DNA of 64,000 nt from Armatimonadota bacterium. Its GTDB lineage: Bacteria > Armatimonadota > HRBIN16. Shown piece by piece: positions 9,108 to 16,965 of this stretch. The stretch spans positions 408,839 through 472,838 of the forward strand of contig BPGT01000001.1 of assembly GCA_026003175.1 (NCBI GenBank), given 5' to 3'. Numbering within the stretch: the first letter of the stretch is position 1; the number at the start of each line of letters is the position of its first letter. The notes under the pieces are model-generated. The model was not told the DNA's origin. It made no database searches and saw only the letters and a list, made by a program, of their open reading frames with translations. Made by a program: the position numbers and the translations under genes.

Positions 9108-9350
9108 ACCTCTCCCCCATCCCCTCTCCCACAGGGAGAGGGGTGTGTCTCCCCCTTCCCTCTCAGGGAAGGGGGATGGGGGGTTAGGTTGAACTCACCT
9201 TTCTCACCTCTCCCCCGTCCCCTCTCCCACAGGGAGAGGGGTGTGTCTCCCCCTTCCCTCACAGGGAAGAGGGACGGGGGGTTAGGTTGAACTCACCTTT
9301 CTCACCTCTCCCCCTTCCCTCTCAGGGAAGGGGGATGGGGGGTTAGGTTA
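9108..9350. repeat. tandem array of family A repeat (98-bp period; two full units plus one partial)
   Basis: Units start at 9108, 9206 and 9304. Hairpins cccctctccc-aca-gggagagggg and cccccttccct-ctc-agggaaggggg. Confidence 0.92.
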
Positions 9351-9353
9351 CCA

Positions 9354-11363
9354 CTACCTCCCCACAGGCTTTTCGGGCACCACCTGCCGCTCCGGCTCAG
9401 GATGATAATGTATCCCCAGTTCCTTCGGCTGACCATACAGCTCGGGGTTCAGATACTTGCCGCGATACTCTGCGGGCTTGGGTTGTTCGGTCTGGTAGCC
9501 GTACTCCTGCACCCAGCGGTCGTTGCGGACGGCTTTCACCTCCCACGAGACCTTTTTGCCGGGAACTCCACCGGCGATTTTGAAGCGGTTGTTCTGGATT
9601 TCCACCGCCACATGCAGGTTGGGCATGGGCGCACCGATGGCGGTGAGATGGTAGGACGGGTCGCGATTGATGGCTTCAAAGTAGTCGGGCAATAGCACCC
9701 ATGCCTCGCCGCGCGCATCCAGCACAACGTTTCCCCGATAGATGTTGTACGGTTCAGAACCCTCGGCGCTGTAGTGGTTCAGGAAGGCGTTTTCAGGGCT
9801 CAGCGGATGGTCTATCTGGAACGCCTTGGTGCCGGAGGCGCCGAACCTACCCGCGGAATAGACACCGTAGCCGCTGGGGCTGTTGCTCTGACCATACACG
9901 CCGTAGTTGGCGCCGCTGGTGGCGGTTGCAAAGCCATACACGCCCGTGCCCGAGGTGCTTGTGCCAAGCACGCCAAAGCCCGAGCCATCCTGAGAACCCC
10001 AGACCCCGATGCCAGACCAGCCTGTACCACGATTGATGCCGCGTACCGCGGCGGCAGACGTGCCAGGACTGGTTGAGGTCACCTCGCCCAGCACCCCAAC
10101 GGCATTATCAGACGTCGAGTTCGTGGCGCCGTGCACGCCGGGTGCAGTGCCTGTGGTCGCCTGATGGATGCCATACACGCCCGTGCCGTCGGGGCTGTCG
10201 CTTTGCCCAATCACGCCGGAGGCAGTGCCGCTGGCGGCGCGTGCCCAGCCATACACGCCGGTGCCAGAGGTGCTTTTGCTCCAGAAGAACCCACCGTAGT
10301 TGACGCCGCTGGTGGCGGTGGCATAGCCCCACACGCCCGTGCCCGAGGTGCTGGCGCTTTGCCCCCACACGCCGATGCCAGCGCCGCTGGTGGCGGTTGC
10401 CCAGCCCAACACGCCCGCGCCCGCGGTGCTGTTGCTCACACCCCACACGCCGTCGGCAATGCCGCTGATGGCGGTGTTCGTCACCTGGAACACTGCGCCA
10501 GAACCCACATTCGCGCTCCCACTGAACGGAAGCGTCAAGCCGTCATCCGACCCAGGAGCCCACATCGTCCCCGTCCACTTGAGCACCTGACCGGATGTCG
10601 GAGCCGTCGAAGAAACGGGGCGGGTCTGCAAGCCCGCTACCGTCGGGGTCGGGTAACTCCCGCTCAGGTCACCGCCAGCCGAACCGCCAGGCACCACACC
10701 CGAAATGGTGACGTTACTTGCCGCCGTCACCCGACCCTGCGCATTCACCGTGAACTGCGACACCTGCGTTGCACTCCCATAAGTGCCTGCCGCCACACCC
10801 GTGCTGGAGAGCTTCGCGTCGGTCACCGCGCTATCCGCCAGCATCGCCGACACCACTCCCCCATTGGCGATGGAGAAAGTGTTGCCAACCAACTGTAGCC
10901 CCGCCCCCGCGGTGTAGGTGGTATCGTTGTCCACACCGTCCGCAAAGCCTGCAGGTATGCCGCTAATGCCGGACCAGGGCACACTGAGCGCAACAAAAGC
11001 CAGCTGGCTGTAGGGAACACGGTTCACCTTCACACGCGGGGAGAGGGTGGTATACGAACCGCTGCCTGAGGGGCGCACCGCTATCTGCAGATACCGTTCG
11101 TTGCCGTCCCACACGTTGCCGAAGTCCAGTTCTGTGGTGAACAATCCGTTGCTGACGCTGATGCCGGTGCGCGTGATGGTGGGACCTACCTGTGAACCGC
11201 CGGAGTTCGCTGTCCAGAGAGAAAACTGGAAGTCATGGTTGCCGTTGGCGGGGACGCCGGATGCTTTGAGCATCCCCTGGTAGGTGAAAGGCTGTTGCGC
11301 AAAGATGCTCTGCATGAAGCACAGGAGCAAGAAGAGCATCCCCGCTGTACGTATTGCATACAT
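9354..11363 (-). CDS. secreted Gly/Ser/Thr-rich fibre/adhesin-like protein
   Basis: Signal peptide (..SIFA-Q), FTYQG N-domain, many G-V-x-G repeats, C-terminal FQIDHP...YRG domain. ATG 11363 after AGGAGG. Confidence 0.7.
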   Translation of the reverse strand: MYAIRTAGMLFLLLCFMQSIFAQQPFTYQGMLKASGVPANGNHDFQFSLWTANSGGSQVGPTITRTGISVSNGLFTTELDFGNVWDGNERYLQIAVRPSGSGSYTTLSPRVKVNRVPYSQLAFVALSVPWSGISGIPAGFADGVDNDTTYTAGAGLQLVGNTFSIANGGVVSAMLADSAVTDAKLSSTGVAAGTYGSATQVSQFTVNAQGRVTAASNVTISGVVPGGSAGGDLSGSYPTPTVAGLQTRPVSSTAPTSGQVLKWTGTMWAPGSDDGLTLPFSGSANVGSGAVFQVTNTAISGIADGVWGVSNSTAGAGVLGWATATSGAGIGVWGQSASTSGTGVWGYATATSGVNYGGFFWSKSTSGTGVYGWARAASGTASGVIGQSDSPDGTGVYGIHQATTGTAPGVHGATNSTSDNAVGVLGEVTSTSPGTSAAAVRGINRGTGWSGIGVWGSQDGSGFGVLGTSTSGTGVYGFATATSGANYGVYGQSNSPSGYGVYSAGRFGASGTKAFQIDHPLSPENAFLNHYSAEGSEPYNIYRGNVVLDARGEAWVLLPDYFEAINRDPSYHLTAIGAPMPNLHVAVEIQNNRFKIAGGVPGKKVSWEVKAVRNDRWVQEYGYQTEQPKPAEYRGKYLNPELYGQPKELGIHYHPEPERQVVPEKPVGR

Positions 11364-11473
11364 GAGAACCCCTCCTTTACATGACCCACAAGCAGGGTAA
11401 ATCTGAGGGGTGGTCCAGGAGGTGCCGCAGGTGTCCATCCTGAGATCTACCATGCTTGGCTGGTTGTTACAAG

Positions 11474-11502
11474 ACGTTAGCATAGATAAATATTTTTGTC
11501 AA
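11474..11502 (-). promoter_or_regulatory. putative sigma70 promoter of the fibre gene
   Basis: TTGACA-N17-TAACGT with an extended TG, abutting the MITE target duplication. Confidence 0.35.
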
Positions 11503-11510
11503 GCCTTCTG

Positions 11511-11696
11511 GAGGGTGTTCGAGAATTGTTGAGAAGTTGGTTGTAGCGCAAGGAGAGAGGCGTTCTTGCTATCCCTGCCTTACCTCACCCCCGTCCCCTC
11601 TCCTGCGAGGAGAGGGGCGTTCCCCCTTCCCTTGCAGGGAAGGGGGCAAGGGGGTTAGGTTATCTATCCATTCAACCAGCAATTTCGAACACCCTC
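11511..11696. mobile_element. 186-bp MITE with TIR GAGGGTGTTCGA(G)AATTG, 9-bp TSD and family A repeat cargo
   Basis: TIRs at 11511-11528 and 11680-11696. AGCCTTCTG directly repeated at 11502-11510 and 11697-11705. Confidence 0.88.
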
Positions 11697-11869
11697 AGCC
11701 TTCTGCATGAAGCGGGAAGGAAATCCATGCGAGATGAACGACCCTCGCCTCCTGATGAATTTATATCCCCGAAAAATCTTCCCTTATCTAAAATTTTTTT
11801 GCAGGAAATGATAAGATAAACGTAGTAAGCATAGATGTTTAGACTTATCAACTACAGTGAGGTACTCAA

Positions 11870-12335
11870 ATGCATGTCTGGCGTCCTATGTTTGTGACGA
11901 TTGCGCTGGTTATGCTGGTACTTGGCGTACGTCTTGTCATGGTGCCAAAAGACTTCGGTGTGCACGGCAAGACCTACGCCTACAAGTGGGTACCGGAAGT
12001 CGAGTGAAGCGGAATGGAAAGCAATAAGGGCGAAGTATCGCGGAACAGAATACTGTAGAGATTGCCATGAGGAACAACTGACACACCTCCTTCGTTCACC
12101 GCATGCCCCTATCCAGTGTGAAAACTGCCATGGACCGGCGATGGAACACCCGGATAACCCTGAGAAACTGCCTATAGACAGAAGCAGGGAGCTCTGCTTA
12201 CGCTGTCACGCTTCCCTGCCCTATCCGGGAAGCGCGCGCGCCCGGATCAAAGGCATCGAACCGGATAAACATTACCCGGACACCGAGTGCTCAGAGTGCC
12301 ACAATCCCCACAATCCCGTACAAGCAGGAGGGTAA
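11870..12335 (+). pseudogene. membrane-anchored tetraheme cytochrome c, +1 frameshift at about 11988-11990 (possibly an assembly error)
   Basis: MHVWRPMF..TM..VPKDFGVHGKTYAYKW continues as YRKSSEAEWK if one G of TGGG is removed. Four CxxCH motifs: CRDCH, CENCH, CLRCH, CSECH. Confidence 0.8.
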
Positions 12336-12337
12336 CC

Positions 12338-13114
12338 ATGTTAACCAGACGAGCGTTCATACGCAGAGTGCTGCAAACGATATCTGGAGCATTAGGCGCT
12401 GCGAGCGTTGCTGCGGTTGTGTTTCGCAGGCGCGCCGCGGCCAACACGAAGACCGCCCGGTGGGCTTTCCTGGTAGATACCTACAAATGTGTCGGGTGTG
12501 GTTTCTGCGTCAAGGCGTGCAAACTCGAGAACGACGTGCCGTATGAAGCGAACGCTACCCGCACCTGGGTAGAACGCTACATCCTGACCAAAAAGGGAGA
12601 ACTGCTCATCGACACCCCGAAGGGGGCACGCGATGGCTTCATCTCCCCCAATGTGCAGCTCGGCAAAAACACCTACCGGGAGGTAAAGCCGGACGAGATT
12701 GCTAAGGCGTTTTTCGTGCCAAAGCTGTGTAATCAATGCGAAAACCCGCCGTGCGTACAGGTGTGCCCTGTCGGTGCTACCTATCAGACAGAAGACGGCG
12801 TGGTGCTGGTGGACCGCAAATGGTGCATCGGGTGCGGTTATTGCATCATGGCGTGCCCTTACGGGGTACGTTTCTTCCACCCGGTATACCGTGTCGCCGA
12901 CAAATGCAACTTCTGCTATCACCGTATCAGTCAGGGCATGAAGCCGGCCTGCGTAGAAGCCTGCCCGTTCGGAGCGAGGCTTATTGGAGACCTGAGCAAC
13001 CCCAGCGACCCGGTGACGCAATACATCATGACACAGAGAGTCGGCGTCTTGAAAGAGGACTACGGAACCAAGCCACAGGTGTACTATGTTGGACTGAGTA
13101 AGGAGGTACGCTGA
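12338..13114 (+). CDS. Tat-exported 4Fe-4S dicluster protein (NrfC/DmsB/TtrB type)
   Basis: MLTRRAFI twin-arginine signal; CVGCGFCVKAC, CNQCENPPCVQVCP, CIGCGYCIMACP, KCNFC..PACVEACP. Confidence 0.92.
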   Translation: MLTRRAFIRRVLQTISGALGAASVAAVVFRRRAAANTKTARWAFLVDTYKCVGCGFCVKACKLENDVPYEANATRTWVERYILTKKGELLIDTPKGARDGFISPNVQLGKNTYREVKPDEIAKAFFVPKLCNQCENPPCVQVCPVGATYQTEDGVVLVDRKWCIGCGYCIMACPYGVRFFHPVYRVADKCNFCYHRISQGMKPACVEACPFGARLIGDLSNPSDPVTQYIMTQRVGVLKEDYGTKPQVYYVGLSKEVR

Positions 13115-13115
13115 C

Positions 13116-14366
13116 ATGGAAGTGCACGGCGAAGTGTGGACACTGAAGGAGCTCTTCGTCTACCCGAACGAGTACATCTACTGGAGCGTACAAATCGTCA
13201 TGTATCCTTTCATGACGGGGCTCGTTGCGGGAGCGTTCGTGTTGTCGTCGCTGTATCACGTGTTTGGCATCAAGCAGCTCAGGGAGATGGCACGCTTCTC
13301 GCTAGTGCTTTCGTTTGCGCTGCTTCTGGCAGCGCCGCTGCCCTTGCTGTTTCACCTTCTACAACCGACACGCGCCTTCAACGTGTTTTTGACCCCCCAT
13401 TTTACCTCAGCTATCGCCGCGTTTGGCATCGTCTTTTCGGGGTATATGGCAATCGTCGCTTCTGAGATATGGTTTGTGTACCGAAAACACTTCGTGACAC
13501 AGGCGCTACTGCTCAGGCAAAAACGAGACAGAAGCCTCGCGGAGAGCCTATTGCACCTGCTGTATTCCGTGCTCACCCTTGGCGCATACGATATCAGCGA
13601 GGAGGCGTTGCGTAAAGATGAGCAGGCTATCCGGTGGCTTGCCGGAGTGGGTATTCCGGTCGCTTGCTTCCTGCACGGCTATGCCGGTTTCATCTTCGGC
13701 TCGGTAAAGGCGAACGCCCTGTGGATGACCCCGTTGATGCCTGTTATTTTCATCATGTCGGCGGTAGTCTCCGGCATCGCCCTGTGCATGTTAAGCTATA
13801 TCGTGGTCATGGAAGCCAGAAGGAGACGAGTATCAGATGCGTTTGCTCCTTACCAGATGACACGTGAGCAGATCAGAGGGGTAGAACTGCAAGAGGTGAC
13901 CATCACCGCCAGGTATCTGGTGTTCTTCATGATATTCGCCATCAGCCTCGAACTGCTTGACCTCGTTTTTCGCGAATACACCGCGCTGAAGTCGTGGGAC
14001 ATTTTGCGTCGGGTCATCTACGGCAGGGATTTCCTCAACATCTTCATCCTTCAGTATCTGGTGGGCAACCTTGTGCCGTTCGCTTTGCTTCTACTACCTC
14101 GCCTTACCATCCGGCGGGCGGTGGTCAGCCTGCTGCTGGTGCTTTTTGGCGTATTTATGATGCGCTGGAACGTGGTCATCGGAGGGCAGGCGTTCTCGCT
14201 GAGTTTCTCGGGGTTCATGCACTATCACTTGCCCATCGTACCTCATGACCTCGATACCTTCAAAGAGGGCGCGCTGGGAGCGGCGGTAATCCTCGTAGTG
14301 CCGTACATGCTGTTCTGGTTGTTCGGCAAGATACTCCCTGTTTTCGAGCCGGAAGAGACCCATTGA
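13116..14366 (+). CDS. NrfD/PsrC family quinol-interacting membrane subunit
   Basis: W...IVMYPFMTGLVAGAF, LHGYAGFIF, MRWNVVIGGQ, many TM helices. Confidence 0.9.
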   Translation: MEVHGEVWTLKELFVYPNEYIYWSVQIVMYPFMTGLVAGAFVLSSLYHVFGIKQLREMARFSLVLSFALLLAAPLPLLFHLLQPTRAFNVFLTPHFTSAIAAFGIVFSGYMAIVASEIWFVYRKHFVTQALLLRQKRDRSLAESLLHLLYSVLTLGAYDISEEALRKDEQAIRWLAGVGIPVACFLHGYAGFIFGSVKANALWMTPLMPVIFIMSAVVSGIALCMLSYIVVMEARRRRVSDAFAPYQMTREQIRGVELQEVTITARYLVFFMIFAISLELLDLVFREYTALKSWDILRRVIYGRDFLNIFILQYLVGNLVPFALLLLPRLTIRRAVVSLLLVLFGVFMMRWNVVIGGQAFSLSFSGFMHYHLPIVPHDLDTFKEGALGAAVILVVPYMLFWLFGKILPVFEPEETH

Positions 14367-14369
14367 GAC

Positions 14370-14858
14370 TCACGACGTTCGGACCTGCCGAAACGCCAGT
14401 TCCACCGCCTGGTCGGGGGTTTGCGCCACGTACAGCGGGGCGAAGTCGCGAGGAGGCAACTCCCACGAGCGCAGCAGCACCACCGGCTTGCCGATTTTGA
14501 GCGCAAGTGCGATTTCCGAGAGGGTGCCGTAACCACCCGAAATGGCGATAATGGCGTCGCAAGCGCATACGTTCACCCAGTTGCGTCCATCGCGCAGACC
14601 GGTGAATATCGCCACGTCGATGTAGGGATTGGGCGGGGTTTCACTGGCGTTCATACCCGGCATGATGCCGATGGTGAGACCTTCCGCCTCTTTGGCACCT
14701 CGCGCAGCGGCTTCCATCACCCCGCCACGCCCGCCACACAGCAGCACGGCGCCGCGTTCAGCAATCAGCCTTCCTACTTGCCGTGCCATCTCGTACGTCG
14801 GCTCATCGCACTGCGAAGCTCCCATTACCCCGATGACTACTCGATAGGTTCGCTCCAC
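14370..14858 (-). CDS. TIGR00725 LOG/SLOG-family Rossmann protein
   Basis: IGVMGAS, CGGRGGVMEAA, GGYGTLSEIALALK. Confidence 0.9.
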   Translation of the reverse strand: MERTYRVVIGVMGASQCDEPTYEMARQVGRLIAERGAVLLCGGRGGVMEAAARGAKEAEGLTIGIMPGMNASETPPNPYIDVAIFTGLRDGRNWVNVCACDAIIAISGGYGTLSEIALALKIGKPVVLLRSWELPPRDFAPLYVAQTPDQAVELAFRQVRTS

Positions 14859-14874
14859 TGGCTTTCATCCCCCT

Positions 14875-15537
14875 TCACGCTGGCTGGATACACAGCGGGT
14901 CATCGTTGTTGGGGTTGTTCACACGCGAGGATACCGGATAAGCCTCCAGATCCGTCTCCGGGTATGCCCGCAGCATGGTCAGCAATCGCGCAGGGTCTTT
15001 CAAGGAAGTATCCAGCCACAGCGACTCATGTTCGGGCTTCAAGATAACGGGCATGCGATGGTGGATCGGCGCAATGAGCGCGTTGGGCTCTGTGGTGATA
15101 ATGGTGCAGGTGCGTAGCGGAGAACCGTCGGGCGATTGCCACTCGTCCCATAGCCCGGCGAAAGCAAAGAGCCCTCCATCGCGCCTGCGGATGTATATGG
15201 GAACACGACGGTTACCTTCCTTGCGCCACTCATAGAAACCGTCGGCGGGTATCAGGCATCGACGGCGCGTGAGCGAGTACTTGAAAGCCGGTTTTTCCGC
15301 CAGCGTTTCGGCGCGGGCGTTAATCAGCCGATTGCCTATCTCGGCGTCTCTCGCCCAAAAGGGGACCAGCCCCCATTGACAGGCTTCCAGTCTGCGCTCC
15401 CCATTCTGCATAATCACCGCCACCGGCTGTGAAGGCGCAATGTTGTAACGGGGGGCGAATTCAAAGAGCACGAACTGCACCCCGAAGCGTTCTGCTACCG
15501 CCTGCGTGGTTTGTGTCAGGGTAAAGCGTCCGCACAT
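14875..15537 (-). CDS. SOS response-associated peptidase (SRAP/YedK/HMCES)
   Basis: Start at MCGRF (catalytic Cys2), RYNIAPSQ, INARAET, GFYEW, IHHRMPVIL. Confidence 0.95.
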   Translation of the reverse strand: MCGRFTLTQTTQAVAERFGVQFVLFEFAPRYNIAPSQPVAVIMQNGERRLEACQWGLVPFWARDAEIGNRLINARAETLAEKPAFKYSLTRRRCLIPADGFYEWRKEGNRRVPIYIRRRDGGLFAFAGLWDEWQSPDGSPLRTCTIITTEPNALIAPIHHRMPVILKPEHESLWLDTSLKDPARLLTMLRAYPETDLEAYPVSSRVNNPNNDDPLCIQPA

Positions 15538-15612
15538 AGGTGGTACCATCCCTTCGCGTCTTTCTGTATTGATGATACTCCACAGCGGACAGACAATGAA
15601 AGAGGGGGGAGA

Positions 15613-15642
15613 ACTGGAGAGCGGCATTAGCCGCTCTCCAGT
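15613..15642. terminator. 13-bp perfect hairpin downstream of the small lipoprotein
   Basis: ACTGGAGAGCGGC-atta-GCCGCTCTCCAGT. Confidence 0.6.
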
Positions 15643-15655
15643 GGTTGAGGTTTTT

Positions 15656-15829
15656 TTAGTTATTGGCTCCCGCCGCGCCGGTGCCCTTGGGTTTCATGGG
15701 ACCGGTGTAATAGTTCGGCGGAAGCTTATCTTCCCTCTTTCCACATCCTGCCAGCAGCACCGGCAACAGCATTGCCGCCGCCAGCAGGAGCAACATTGCG
15801 CTACGAGAGCGCCGGGCTACGCCACGCAT
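15656..15829 (-). CDS. 57-aa lipoprotein (not in ORF track)
   Basis: MRGVARRSRSAMLLLLAAAMLLPVLLAGC-GKREDKLPPNYYTGPMKPKGTGAAGANN*. LAGC lipobox; starts 6 nt after the DUF1559 stop. Confidence 0.75.
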   Translation of the reverse strand: MRGVARRSRSAMLLLLAAAMLLPVLLAGCGKREDKLPPNYYTGPMKPKGTGAAGANN

Positions 15830-15835
15830 CGTCCG

Positions 15836-16624
15836 CTACTCCATCGAGAAGGTATAGTAGGTCTTGTACCAGACGGTCTGCCCGTTCTCAACGGTCGAGG
15901 ACAGGTAGCGCTCCGAGTTGCGAGCGATGCGCTTGGCATGTCCATCCAAGAACACGTAGTTGGCGCCGTCCTGGTGCACGAACGCCGACTCGCAACCCAG
16001 CACGATCACAAAGTAGCCGCCACCCACCATGGTGATACCATCACCGATCAGAACGGTCTCGGCGGGGCGCCTCACCTCAGGCATATAGCGGGTTAAACCA
16101 CCCATATCTGGCGGATATGCCAGGCTACCGGCGTACTGGTAGTACGGGTCCTGCTGGGTGCCGCTGCCCGCGCGGGTTGCCATCTGGAAGGTGATTGCAT
16201 AGTGTGACCACACTTCCACCGGTGGCCAGAAATCATCCAGCTCGCCCGGGTAGCAATCAGGAGCGTCCGCACCCTTCTTGATGGACTCCGGGTTACCGGA
16301 AGGGCAGGCAAATACGCCAGAGGGGGGGTTAGTTCCACCGTTCTTCACATACGGCTGCAACAGACCGGTCCACAGGCGCTGAGCGCGCGGTTCACCGGAG
16401 TAGTTTGCACGTCGCAGCTAGGGCACGATAGCCTCGTCATAGTCTTGGGCATACATGAGCACAGCCGTGCCCATCTGCTTGCAGTTGCTCAAGCATCCGG
16501 CAGCACGTGCTTTCTCGCGTGCCTGAGCAAAGACAGGGAACAGGATGGCTGCCAGTATCGCGATAATCGCGATAACTACCAGCAGCTCAATCAGTGTGAA
16601 CGCGAAACGTCTCGCGTGATGCAT
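15836..16624 (-). pseudogene. prepilin N-methylation / DUF1559 / H-X9-DG protein with in-frame TAG at 16418-16420
   Basis: [78 protein letters not shown]. Both ORF-track halves are in the same frame. Confidence 0.85.
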
Positions 16625-16747
16625 CGGTTCGACCTCCTCAAAAGTTTCAGGATTTTCATCAGCACCGTTGGGATGATGCCCAATACAAAGGGTTCCTTCG
16701 TTGGGGGAACACTCCCGCGGCAAAGCAGGTAGTAGACACAGTACACC

Positions 16748-16800
16748 CTGAACGATTCAGCCTTTGCTATGATTCTAACGGCGTCTGCAGATTTTGTCAA
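16748..16800 (-). promoter_or_regulatory. sigma70 promoter plus palindromic operator for the DUF1559 gene
   Basis: TTGACA(16800-16795)-N17-TAGAAT(16777-16772). CTGAATCGTTCAG palindrome at 16760-16748, just past the expected TSS, resembles a LacI-family operator. Confidence 0.55.
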
Positions 16801-16911
16801 GAGGTGAATCGAAAAATCCGCAATTTTTGCAGTTTAAGCGAAAAAATGTTTGAAAGAGACAATTTTGTACGCGCAATCACGATTATTTGCTTAAGAAGCT
16901 ATTTGTGAGTA

Positions 16912-16960
16912 CAGCAGGAGGGTGCTGTTGACATTTCGCAGACAGACCACCCTCCTGCTG
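16912..16960. terminator. inverted repeat just after the metalloprotease stop
   Basis: CAGCAGGAGGGTG ... CACCCTCCTGCTG (13-bp arms). Confidence 0.5.
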
Positions 16961-16965
16961 GAACT

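Noticed and set aside
9108..9350. CRISPR array
   Set aside because: The units are near-identical along their whole 98 bp with no unique spacers, and no cas genes are present.
9354..15537. Prophage (fibre-like gene plus SRAP)
   Set aside because: No integrase, terminase, capsid or att sites, and the fibre protein has a Sec signal peptide.
16640..16690. Hammerhead ribozyme or riboswitch in the DUF1559 leader (CTGATGA..GAAAC on the minus strand)
   Set aside because: No pairable stem II between the motifs and no suitable NUH cleavage site with stem III. No known riboswitch consensus recognised.
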